DNA from: Hormiphora californensis
Taxonomy: Eukaryota > Animalia > Ctenophora
Assembly (NCBI GenBank): GCA_020137815.1
Contig: CM035354.1
Span: 7,316,001 to 7,380,000, forward strand
Direction of reading: 5' to 3'
DNA length: 64,000 nt
Shown here: positions 1-12,450 of the stretch, one piece after another
Layout of the letters: each line of letters starts with the position of its first letter
Numbering within the stretch: position 1 is the first letter of the stretch
The notes under the pieces: model-generated
What the model saw: the letters and a program-made list of their open reading frames with translations, nothing else
Databases searched by the model: none
Told to the model about the DNA's origin: nothing
Position numbers and translations under genes: made by a program

Positions 1-3000
1 GGAGTTGTGTCGGTATGATCAGTTGCCATGTGAACGGTGGCTGTGGTTGCTGTGGATGTGTTTACCCCACCACCACCGCTACCACCCCTAGATCCAGTAG
101 TTCCACCTTCCGAGTCAGGCGTCTTCAGGCTAGAGGAAAGAGACGCAGCGTTGCGGTGCCGGATATCTAGGTTTCGCCTATCTAGATTTCGTGCGAGTTG
201 GTTTTGTCGTATCAAACGGTAGTGTACCGGCATCTCTGGGAGAGGGAGGGGATTGTCAGTGTTAGTTGTCCATCAAGTTTTAATAATAGGAACCCTCTCC
301 CCTCCCTCTATTTTTCTCTATCTCGCTATCTCTCTTTCTCTCTCACCTGTTGACCCAGTATCAAAACTCCTAGTCTCCCTCAACTGGTGAACATTGCTCT
401 CGCTGGGCGCTGTTTCTGGTATAGCTCCAATCGTCTTCATTGCTCGTAACAATCTTGGTGACATCGCCGGAGCCTGGCTACCTGACGGACTTGCCATTCC
501 CCCTTCATCAACAGTTAAATCCGTCCGACACACCTTCCTCTTGCTTCTCTCTGGTGCGAGGGGTGGGGGTGAATCCTCTGGGATGGTTGAGATACTGATT
601 GTGTCAGAGTCAGGATGGTGGTTTGGGGGACCGCTGGTAAAACTTGTCGTGGTAACACCATCCCGTTCTGAGGATATTCCCTCTTCCTCCTGGTCATTGA
701 AACACAAGACATCATACGCAGGATCTTCCTTCTTACTGGAAAAAGGAGGATGTGTTATTGTTGTTGATCATGGATTGTTCTGTGGTAAGTGTGAGAGGGA
801 CTCGTGTGCGCGTTACGCTGACCACTTCTACTTTCATCATATCGAGTGCGCGCGGTTTCCACGCGCACACCAACCTGCTGCTCCCGTGTGTTGTGTCTTC
901 GGAGTGGTCTCCTGCCGGAGTGTCTGTTGAGCTTTGTTTAGATTGGTCATCCAGGCTCGCATAGGTGTGGTCAACACCACTCTTGCTCTTCTCCGATAAT
1001 GATTTTGGTGAGCTTTTGCTGGCCGTATCTGGTGTCTGGAAGGGGGGGGGGGGGTATTTTAATCGAGGAAACACAAGGTTTTGTTGACATTTCGAATTTC
1101 TTGGCACTCAACTTACCTCAGCAGATAGAGCCCGAAGATGATTGTAAAAGTTTTGCGACGTTTCTTCGCTTTCAAAGATAGCAGTATAGAGCCAGAGGGC
1201 ATCTCTACCACTAGGAAATCGAATGTCCATATCTTTGGAATAACTGGAGGGTAAAATGTGGTGAGGAACAGGAAGAAGGATTTAGATTGATCGTTAATAT
1301 CATCCACCTTTCTCTCTTTCTCTCTCTCCCTTTCTCCCTCTCTCTCCTCTCTTTTCCCACCCCTTTCTATATCTCTCCCACTCTCTAAATTACCTCTCGG
1401 TATGGGTAGACCAAGTGACACTATTCCTGTATTTCGTGACATCTCTCTCCACACTGTTGTGGCAAACAAAATTGCGTTGGTAATCTTGGTAAGAGCTAGC
1501 ACAGATCTGAAAATTTTTAGTGAGTTATTTCGTTATAATATCGACGATTTACTACACATGGTTAATTTAACAATAATTACATTTCTTCAGAATGTCACAC
1601 TCCCACTTTAGTGACCAACAGCACTTTCACGAACCACTTTATGATTACCAACAACTTACCTGGCGTTTCTGAGTGATAAACAGTGAAACTTTGATGAGCC
1701 TGAGAGGCCGCACTTGATGCCGGAGAAGATAGCAGAAACTTTTAAAAACAAATGGTAAAGGGTAGAATATCCAGTGATCCAACTCCGGGCCATCGTCACA
1801 CTGGTGCTCACTGTTACTGTGACTGAGGGGGGTGTTAGGTTAATAAACCATGCAAGGAAAATAGTAAACCCTGTATATAGTGAAGTTATAAAACAACATA
1901 GCATAGCCCAAACAAGTAGATATGATAGTATAGATACGACCAATATATATACATTATACAAGCGGGGGTATAAATGAATTGTGCATTTTTACATGAACAA
2001 AAGAAGATAAGTATTCCCAACAGAATATTAATAGAGCTCTGTGCAAAGGCTTTGTTACCTGACCCCAGCCATATAGATACGAGACCAGGGGCTGGAAAGA
2101 ATACTGAAACGTACAGGGGAAGATGGATACATTTTGAAAATAAAGAGTAGTCTTAGCGGAAATTGAAACATGTATAGTGGGAACATTGAGGGCTGATTGC
2201 GTACTCCAGGGGTATCAGATTCAAACTAAAATACCGGTTAAATCCTAAAATGTTTGAAATGCGTACCACTGTACCTGTTTCGTTCGTAGTTATTTGTTGA
2301 TCCCAGTGAATCGGGTAAGCTACCTCGAATTGCGTTGCTGCTCCCTTGTGGTACCTACAAGAACATGCTCCGTCATAAAATAAATTGTTACTCCTTCATA
2401 AAACTTTTTCTTGTATTCAACATACCGTTATACTATCAGAAGATGGTGCTTTAGCAGCATTTGTCGCTATCTCCTCCATTTCTTCCTCTTCCTCCCCCTG
2501 TTTCGATCTAATCTCGTCAGTCTCCTTGAAAACCTGGAATGGAGAGAGTTGTCTAGTCAATCAGATCAGAGAGGACAGTAGAGTAAGTTTTAGACACAAA
2601 ACGATTATGGTTTTCACCGGTAAATTGGAAACGTGTGTTCCACTCACCACGGGTATTTGGACTGCCTCTAACACCTCGTACCTTGTTTTGTTCAAACCCA
2701 AAGAAGAAAGAGGGTCTAGCTAGGCAATACCTTGTGTAGATAGAAGTTGACTCCCTTAATCAGGGAGAACATAACGGTAACGAGAACGGTGTAGATGATG
2801 ATCACTGATAGCTGACTGTCCCTGATCTGAGCGGGGGTGGGTTGGTGTTAGCTGGAGGAGAAATAGGAGAGGCCGAGGGTGTGGCACCCCCTCTTCCCCT
2901 AAAACTTCGCCCCACAACCACCCTTCTCCCCGCCCCTTACGTCGATCAAACGTGCAACTTATGATTGTCAAAAGTATCATTGATACTGGTCGGTATTAAA

Positions 3001-5870
3001 TGTCGAAAGTGCAGTAGGAATACCACACCAATTTAGTGGTCTGATTGCAATACGTCACTTTGTAAGCTGCACTTCACAACATATTTCAAGAACGTGTGAC
3101 GCCGTGACGGCTGTGGTAACTATTATGTATGTACGTATATGCACGTACATATATGTTATGTCCCAGAATACTGACCATTTATTTATGTCACCCCCCCCCC
3201 CTTGTGCGCTCTTATTACTCCGTCTAGTTCTGTAATAGTTTCAAGCTGTCTCTCTTCCTCTCTCTCTTTCTCTATCCCTCTCTATCTCTCTCTCTCTTTC
3301 CATCCACAATTTGTCCGTCCCTTTACACACAGACTCGACAGGAAATTTACTTAGTAGAGACAAGAAGCGGTAATATTTCATAGGTGTCACTCTTTCAACA
3401 GTGTGTATTATATGCCGCGTGTTTTGTATGTCTCTTTTCCCTTGTTCTTCCTCTACTTCCCTCCCTCACTATCGCTCTATCCCTCTCTTTCTCTCACTCT
3501 GTTTATCTATCTATCTCCCTCTCTTTCTCTCACTCTGTTTATCTATCTATCTCTCACTCTTTCACTCTCTTTGTCTATCTCTCTCTCTCTCTCTTCCCTC
3601 CAATGTTTCAGTACTGTGGATTTGTTAAATTGCTTTGTTTATTTAGGGGAAATTATCTAAGGTAGGAATCTGGTTGTGTTCTGTCATCAAACTCTCGAGG
3701 GGGGAGTAGTTAGACTGTAATTAGAATGTCTCAGTTTCTCATATGCGGCGCTCTATTTTCCCCTCTTCTCCCCATCCGATCCCCGTTCGTGTTTTCCCTA
3801 CTGTCTAAAACATAATAGCAGGCAGGCGGAACCTGATTTAGTTTTGATTAAATTCTAGTGATATCCTGTACGTGTTTAGTCTCTTTCCTTTCGCTTCGAA
3901 TATTTTATAATTCTCCAGAACTTCTCCAAAAGTTCCACCTGCTTTCTAATTCACTCTGCCGTCACCTTATTGTATTGTATCATATTGTACTTAATTGTTG
4001 GAGTTGTCTAGAGCAGATATTACCTTTTCTATCAGTGGTGCTCCGTCATATAATTGGCCATACAGCGTACGTTCCCAGCATACGCGTCGTTCCCAGCGTG
4101 TTTCACACTTCGCAGCGTCCAAAACACGCAAAAAAGAATACGTTGGTAGTTTTGGACGCTGGAAGCGACGCATGGGGGGGGGGGGGGGCTGTGCGTGTGG
4201 TCAATATGACGGAGCACCACTATGTATATGTCCCGGTGCCAACTCTTATTTGTAACCTTCTCAACTTTAGAGGGTTGTAAGGATAAAGCTCACTAGTATG
4301 AGGAAGGCAGTTCACCTCTCGGCATTAGTAAGTGTACTTGCCCTAATATTAGGGCCAGAGTTTTATCAGCTTAATCTATTAGCCAAACTGAGCTTCCTTG
4401 AGATTATGGGAAGATGGATTTCATCTTTTCAAGGTTCATCAACCTATTGGCCCCGAGGCAAACAAATGACCTCTCCCTTCACGGAATAAGGAGGTGTAAT
4501 GCAATCAAGATATATATTCCTTCCTACCTACCCAACCCCCTCTACCCCGTGACCCATCTTTAATCTGCTTCCCCCTCTTTCTTTGTGATCATTCTTCTAT
4601 TTGTTCTATAAAAGTGCTAATATCTTTGTATCTTCAGTTGTCTCTGGTGTTCTGCCAAAGTGCTGCTGAACAAGCTGCCATGAACAGACGTAAGTACCAT
4701 ATGTATACTAAATCAAATTGATCACCAACACACCAGTTTGTGCTAAACTATCTCACGTGCTGGACGCATTGAATGTTGGTTATAGATCTTTGATTTGAGT
4801 AAAAAACCCGTAAAGCCAGGATACAATCCCCCCCCCCCCCTCGTTGTACCATCAACACTTTACATTTTAACTCCCCCCTCTCCACAGGAAGGAATTGGAT
4901 GATATACGGACCGATATTATGCGTTATAATACTGATATTGTGTTGTGTTGTGTACGATAAAGTGATACTGTGGCTCAGAAAACATCAGGTGAGGGAAAAT
5001 AAGGGGGAAATATAAATTGGTGGCCCCCACCTCTCATTTTGTTTTTTGTCATATAAATCAGTCGAGTATATGTTTTGAGATTTATACACGTACAATTGCG
5101 GTGTAAGACACACCAACAGTGCAGGTCAGTAGTGTGGTATAACTGTAAACAAACATCTAACTCTCTCCATTTCAGTCGGAAGAAAAGGAGAGGAGAGAGC
5201 GGACCCCTGAAACAACAGAGAAGTTGCTGGTAAAGAGCAACACAGGCTCAATGCAGTACCCTCCCATCATCCTGGACATGTCATACCTTGGATCCAGGGG
5301 TACCCCATACGACTCACATGCCACTACCCTAACCCAAGAGGTATAGAGTTTGGAGGTTTTGAGAGGGTCGAGGAGGGAATCGCTCTGACTCTCGGGTCGC
5401 GGAGAGAGAGGGTCAAACAAGGGAATTGGTATCAAGGGATATTAATGGACAAATAGAGAAAAGAGAGACAGAATGTATTGTATTATTTATATGTAATGGG
5501 TTGCTCAGTGGGAATTATAATAAAGACAATCAGGAGGAGGCAGAGAGATAATTAGACAGTGCGGGTTTAAGATTGAATGCTGGTCGTTTTTTAACTCTAT
5601 TTTATTTTTCTATGCAAGAATAGATAGTTTTTTAATACTACACTGAAATCCCAAAACTATGGCCCACTTCCTTCTTCTTGCCCCTCGCATCAGTTTGCGA
5701 GTTGTCCCACTCACCATTATATAGATAATCAGAGGTAGCAGCCCCAGAACTATCCACAGATACATGTGTAGAGTGTTAATGAAGATGTCATTGTGAAGGT
5801 TGTAATACCAGCCACCCGTTAGGGAGGCCAGTACCCCGTGTAGAAGGAGATCGACCACGTGAGAAACCAT
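1..5870 (-). CDS. PCNX: Pecanex-like protein, 5' exons (gene runs off window start)
   Basis: Exon 5870-5715 reads MVSHVVDLLLHGVLASLTGGWYYNLHNDIFINTLHMYLWIVLGLLPLIIYIM, matching the pecanex N-terminus (GVWASLTGGW...N..HLY.W). It splices GT-AG in phase 0 to exon 2826-2731 (IRDSQLSVIIIYTVLVTVMFSLIKGVNFYLHK; cf. IKTVNYRLH). Further low-complexity exons lie near 2533-2426, 2355-2276, 1820-1659 and below. Confidence 0.88.
4034..4221. mobile_element. MITE with 18-bp terminal inverted repeats
   Basis: AGTGGTGCTCCGTCATAT (4034-4051) and its exact reverse complement (4204-4221); internal repeats of TTCCCAGC; TSD not clear. Confidence 0.7.
4680..5346 (+). CDS. Nested antisense gene in PCNX intron 1; ~93-aa single-pass membrane protein of unknown family
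   Basis: Exons 4638-4689, 4888-4988 and 5176-5346 have canonical GT-AG sites and consistent phases, giving MNRRRNWMIYGPILCVIILILCCVVYDKVILWLRKHQSEEKERRERTPE...TTLTQEV*. The N-terminus may extend upstream of the ATG at 4680. Confidence 0.7.
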
Positions 5871-6155
5871 GAGGTACACGTGTTACTTCACATTTTACAT
5901 GCAGCTAGGGGGAAATAGGGTTTAGTTAGATAGCGATAGTTGATCGGAGTGTGGGCTAGCCCAAGCATTCATAAAAGAAGACATTTTTTCTGAATTCAAG
6001 AAATATAAATGTTTTACAAAAAGATGAAATCATAAACATGCTAACACATTTTACAAAGAAATACTTACAATACAGATTACAGCCCAATCACAACATAAAA
6101 ATACCTACTCTAAATGTTAATATGTAATTGTCTAGTACTTTTATACACTTCCTTT

Positions 6156-8528
6156 TTAGGAAGAGGAGACAAAGTTTTTCATTTCATCCTTGAGATTTTT
6201 CACCTCTTCTTTGGAGATTTTTCCATCCAGCCACTTCTCAGATTTCCCAGCAAACCTATACCAAACATCCCGTTGTACCCCAAACTTGATTTCCAACAAA
6301 ACCAGAGCCAGAACAGTTGCTACGATGTCCTCTGCAAAGTTACTAGCTGCCGTCAGCTCTCCCAACTTAAACACAGCCCTAATCTTGGCAAGATCAGTAA
6401 AGCGACCCTTCGTATCGGCCAGGTCCATCAGCTCGGTAAGTTGATCACCGGGTTCATTTTTACTTGGACCACACAACTCCTTGCTAACTGATCGATAAGA
6501 TCGGGAACTTCTCGAACTACTATCCTCTAACATGGATGCACGGTCCGACGAACCTGAGACAGATGAAGATTCATCATCCATGGCATCATCAATCATGGCA
6601 CACTTCATCATTTCCGGACTCGCATCTCTACAGAGAAGACCTCTCACAGGTGCTGACTTCTTCTTTTTCCTAAAGAGACCTCCGAAAGAGGGCAATCCGA
6701 AGCCCCTACTTCGACCATATCCTACAACGGGGTTTCCGCCACTTAACGCCATCGCTTTTAAGTGCATTATTTCAAACTCATCAAGGTGCATATTATCTGT
6801 TTTGAGTAGCATATTAGCAGTAGTAGTGACATCCCCATCAACACAAACGAAGGAGGTTTCCTTGGTAACCACCTGGTAGTTAAGAGCCAACTCAACTCCT
6901 CTCCCTTCACTGACAACACCTCCAGTAGCCACCTTGTGGGCAACCAACTTGGGCATCTTGCCAGAGTGCACCTGGACAAAGTTTCCACTGGTCACTGTAT
7001 GTTTACTACCCGAACAATGGACAGTAATTTCAGCTGGTAGGGTGGGTGTGAGGGTGTACAGGACAGTTTTCTCTCCAGTGAACAGGGTCACGGGTACAGG
7101 TGGGGTGAGGGATTCCTGACCCTCCATCTCGACACAACTAATTTCAGATCGGTTCGCACAAGCACACGACAGCATTCTGATCACTTTCTCCCTCATTGGT
7201 TCCTTGGAAGTACAGAACAATTGGATCCCATCTCCTGCCTCTGCCATACCTTTTACCAGTTCCCGGGAGACCACACATCACCATACCCAAACTGAACACA
7301 CACATTTGTCTTTGTTGGATCTGTTTTTAATGGTCTTAATGACTTTCTCAGTATTACTAACAGCTCCGTCAGTGAGAATTAGAATCTGTCGTTCATAATC
7401 TTTTTCATAACTCCATGCCAGTACTTTTTTCAGTGGTTCCAGGATTTCAGTTCCACCCAAATCAGCGTGGACAGACTCTTCAATGTACTTTTTTGCCCTT
7501 TTCAGCGTTTCATCGTTATACTGGAGAGACTTGCTCGTCATGACTTCGTAGGAACTTCCAAAACGAATTATGTTAAAGTAGCAGTCCTCAGGAAGGGACT
7601 GAATGAACACCCGCATAGCTTCTTTTGCCTTTTTAATGCAATCGCCAGTCATGGAACCAGAACAGTCGACAATAAAGACAAACTCACACAACCGGTCCTT
7701 GGCGTGCGTCTCAGGGATGAACGACATCATGAGAGCAACTTCTCCCTGCTCTGTGTTTTCATACAGTACAACAGGTAGCAGGGGGTCATCACACTCCAGC
7801 GTGAGCACAAAATCCCGGTCAAGAAGTGAGGTGAAGTCCTCCAGAGTCCCCCCTGCACAGAACCACCCCTCCTCAGAATGTTGAGTAACTTCCACCTTGT
7901 GAGAGGGTGAGGTGATATTCTTGATTTCACTCCTCATTTTAATCTGGAACCCAATGGAGAGGGGCACATCTCCAGTGTACTGCATGTTCATTAGTCCCAC
8001 CACCGGGTCAGGTGCACTAGCTGGGATGTATCGTGGTGCTATGCTGGTAGGTAGGTGAAACGGGTTAGGAGATCCTGGAAAGGTAACTCCTGGATGTAAC
8101 ATATCTCTATCTGACACGTTTCGTTCGATCCCAGATTACCAACCATCAATTCCATGATGTCGGGCTTCAGTTCCTCCAATAAAAACGCAGTCTGTCCCTG
8201 CCTGACCGCATCGGAAAACTCCTCCCGAGCCACTTCCTTCTTTTTTACAACACCACTTAGTTTCCGGTCCCCGATGGTGGCGGTAAATTTGTGGAGGGCA
8301 ACGTACGTCTCCGTGGGAAAGAAGTAGACACAATTGAGTGGGTCAGGGGAGTTGTTGAGGTACGTCTGAGTAAGCTTCACCTCTGCCGCACAGAATGTGA
8401 TGTCTATTTCCGCGGCGACATGTGTCAAAGGGATTCCAATAGCTTGGTTCTCATGTTTAACCACTAGACCGCACTTCAACAACCCCCAGATTTCCATCTT
8501 GGAGCTTCACTTTGTTCGCAAACGGCAT
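6156..8528 (-). CDS. VWA5A: VWA5A-like protein (VIT + vWA domains), copy 1; apparently intronless, with frameshifts
   Basis: VIT domain (YLNNSPDPLNCVYFFP...FTATIGDRKLSGVVK..AREEFSDAV) and vWA MIDAS (FVFIVDCSGSM, GGTEI, ILILTDG) are split over ORFs 8039-8497, 7278-8117 and 6156-7274 by small indels. Confidence 0.85.
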
Positions 8529-9455
8529 CCTGTCTCATATAAAACATAAAATATACCTACAGGGGTATAATTCGTTAAAAAGAATTAGTTTCAAACGATG
8601 CTGTTAACGACATTACCTCCACAATTGTCCACTGATTAATCTGGTACCATGATCATAGGAAAATGGTGGAAGATGCGAGTTCCATAGACATATTACCGAC
8701 CATAGTTAGAATATACTTCGTGTATTTATAGCTGTAGATCGTGTAATACCCATCCATTCATCACGTTTTAAATACACAAACATAGCTGAGACAATTCTCT
8801 TTCGAATGGTGGTAATTTTAACGCTCTAGGACGCCAAGTAGTCATTTCCCATGACCTTTTATGGAAGTAACTTTTCAATACGATTTCCCCCAAAAACTAG
8901 ATTTGAGCCGCGCAACAAACCGATCAAACGGCCGGTTTCGCAGCATTGTGCAGGGGTATAATTCGTTAAAAAACTTTCGGAGAAAGGGAACTGGGACAGA
9001 TATTCGGACTCAAAGAAGTTTCTAAGCTCGGGATAAACAAACACGGAAATGTCAGCAATGTTAAACTAATATGTCACCGAATTAAAGATAGAAATTAATA
9101 TACACATTATCCGTATTTACACACACAGTCTGCTAAAATAACAATAACAAAAACACTCATTATATAAACTTAAAACATGCAATGATTAAATTTTAAACTG
9201 CTCTGAAAATGATGCTATGCTTTTATAATTCACACTGTCATAGGAATTAGGATCATTCCATAATGTCTTTATAACATTCCATACTGTCCTTGAATCATGT
9301 TTTGCAGTTCTCAAATCATGTTCTGAACGTGTTTAACAAATGGATACTTTTCCTGAGGGTTGGGGTGCCAATTAATTTCTCAATTTCGCGACTCTAACCT
9401 CTCTGTACCTATTCTACTAAATCTACATGGATAAAAAATCCCAAAAATGATGCAA

Positions 9456-9659
9456 ATTATACCAAAACTAATTGAAATTAGTAGGCCGGAAAGGTTGCCT
9501 TACGATTTGAGCTACCTTTGGCATGGTACATTCCCTTTTGAAGATAACCGAGCATCTGTAACCTGTCTATACCTCCGGCGTGAAAGTTACGTGCCTAAGG
9601 TAGCTCAAATCGTAAGGCAACCTTTCCGTCCTACTAATTTCAATTAGTTTTGGTATAAT
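9456..9659. mobile_element. MITE with ~70-bp inverted arms at the junction of the VWA5A duplication
   Basis: ATTATACCAAAACTAATTGAAATTAGTAGG(C)CGGAAAGGTTGCCTTACGATTTGAGCTACCTT begins at 9456; its near-exact reverse complement ends at 9659. Confidence 0.75.
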
Positions 9660-9750
9660 ACTTAAAATACAGATTACAACCCAACAACAACATAAAAATA
9701 CCTACTCTAAATGTTAATATGTAATTGTCTGGTACTTATACACTTCTTTT

Positions 9751-11856
9751 TTAGGAAGAGGAGACAAAGTTTTTCATTTCATCCTTGAGATTTTTCAACT
9801 CTTCTTCGGGATTCTTTCCATCCAGCCACTTCTCAAGATTTTTCCAGCAAACCTATACCAACCACCCGTTGTACCCCAAACTTGATTTCCAACAAAACCA
9901 GAGCCAGAACAGTTGCTACGATGTCCTCTGCAAAGTTACTAATTGACTTCAGCTCTCCTAACTTAAACACTGCCCTAATCTTGGCAATATCAGTAAAGCG
10001 ACCCTTCGTATCGGCTAGGTCCATCAGCTCGGTAAGTTGATCACCGGGTTCGTCTTTACTTGGACCACACAACTCCTTGCTAACTGATCGATAAGATAGG
10101 GAACTTCGGGAACTTCTCGAACTACAATCCTCTAACATGGATGCACGGGACGAACAGTAGTAGTTAGCAGTAGTAGTGACATCCCCATCAACACACACAA
10201 AGGAGGTTTCCTTGGTAACCACCTGGTAGTTAAGAGCCAACTCAACTCCTCTCCCCTCACTGACAACACCTCCAGTAGCCACCTTGTGGGCCACCAACTG
10301 GGCATCTTGCCAGAGTGCACCTGGACAAGTTCCCACTGGTACTGTGTGTTTACTACCCGAACAATGGACGTAATTTCAGCTGGTAGGTGGGCGTGAGGTG
10401 TACAGACATTTTCTCTCCGTGAACAGGGTCACGGGTACAGGTGGGGTGAGGGATTCCTGACCCTCCATCTCGACACAACTAATTTCAGATCGGTTCGCAC
10501 AAGCACACGACAGCATTCTGATCACTTTCTCCCTCATTGGTTCGTTGGAAGTACAGAACAATTGGATCCCATCTCCAGCCTCTGCCATACCTTTTACCAG
10601 TTCCCGGGAGACACCATCACCAATACCCAAACTGAACACACGACATTTGTCTTTGTTGGATCTGTTTTTAATGGTCTTAATGACTTTCTCAGTATTACTA
10701 ACAGCTCCGTCAGTGAGAATTAGAATCTGTCGTTCATAATCTTTTTTATATTTCCATGCCAGTACTTTTTTCAGTGGTTCCAGGATTTCAGTTCCACCCA
10801 AATCAGCGTGGACGGACTCTGCAATGTACTTTTTTGCCTTTTTCAGCGTTTTATCGTTGTACTGGACAGACTTACTCTCATGACCTCGTAGGAACTTCCA
10901 AAACGAATTATGTTAAAGTAGCAGTCCTCAGGAAGGGACTGAATGAACACCCGCATAGCTTCTTTTGCCTTTTTAATGCAATCCCCATTCATGGACCCAG
11001 AACAGTCGACAATAAGACAACTCACCACAACCGGTCCTTGGCGTCGTCTCAGGGATGAACGACATCATGAGAGCAACTTCTCCCTGCTCTGTGTTTTCAT
11101 ACGTACAAGAGGTAGCAGGGGGTCATCACACTCCAGCGTGAGCACAAAATCCCTGTCAAGAAGTGAGGTGAAGTCCTCCAGAGTCCCCCCTGCACAGAAC
11201 CACCCCTCCTCAGAGTGTTGAGTTAACTTCCACCTTGTGAGAGGGTGAGATGATATTCTTGATCTCACTCCTCATTTTATCTGGAACCCAATGGAGAGGG
11301 GCACATCTCCAGTGTACTGCATGTTCATTAGTCCCACCACCGGTCGGTCACTAGCTGGATGTTCGTGGTGCTGCTGGTAGGTAGGGTGAAACGGGTTAGG
11401 AGATCCTGAAAGGTAACCCTGGATGTAACATATCTCTATCTGACACGTTTCATTCGATCCTAGATTACCAACCATCAATTCCATGATGTCGGGCTTCAGT
11501 TCCTCCAATAAAAATGCAGTCTTTCCCTGCTTGACCGCATCGGAAAACTCCTCCCGAGCTACTTCCTTCTCTTTTACTACACCACTTAGTTTCCGGTCCC
11601 CGATGGTGGCGGTAAATTTGTGGAGGGCAACGGACGTCTCCGTGGGAAAGAAGTAGACACAGTTGAGTGGGTCAGGGGAGTTGTTGAGGTATGTCTGAGT
11701 AAGCTTCACCTCTGCCGCACAGAATGTGATGTCTATTTCCGCAGTTACGTGTGTCAAAGGGATTCCAATTGCTTGGTTTTCATGTTTAACCACTAGACCG
11801 CACTCAACAACCCCCAGATTTCCATCTTGGAGCTTCACTTTGTTCGCAAACGGCAT
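9751..11856 (-). CDS. VWA5A: VWA5A-like protein, copy 2 (more indels; C-terminal segment deleted relative to copy 1)
   Basis: Near-identical to 6156-8528, including flanks; ORF fragments 11272-11856, 10843-11028, 10376-10801 and 9833-10336. Confidence 0.8.
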
Positions 11857-12450
11857 CCTGTCTCATATAAAACATAAAATATACCTACAGGGGTGAGGGT
11901 ACAATTCGTTAAAAAGAATTAGTTAATACTTTCGGAGAATGGGACAGATATTCGGACTCAAAGAAGTTTCTAAGCTCGGGATAAACCAACAACGAAATCT
12001 CAGCAATGTTAAACTAATATGTCACAGAATTAAAGATAGAAATTAATATACACATTATCCATATTTACACACAGTCTGCTAAAATAACAATAACAAAAAC
12101 ACTCGAATAAACTTAAAACATGCAATGATTAAATTTGTAAACTGCTCTGAAACTGTCCTTAACTGTCCTTAACTGTCCCTAGTAGGGACTCCCTAGCTGT
12201 GTTAATTGCCTTCGATATTGTTCACTATAGCCTGTTTTTATAATCCACACTGTCCTTGAGTCATTCCATAATGTCGTATGTAATACTCATAAAATATGTT
12301 CTGCCGTCCTCAAATCATGTTTTGCCGTCCTCAAATCATGTTCTGAACGTGTTTAACAAATGGATACTTTTCCTGAGGGTAGGGTGTGCCAATTAATGAC
12401 CAATCAATGACTAATGAGCCAACGATTAACAATTAATTAGGGCCATGCCA

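Noticed and set aside
394-930. 178-aa plus-strand ORF
   Set aside because: Antisense shadow of pecanex low-complexity exons.
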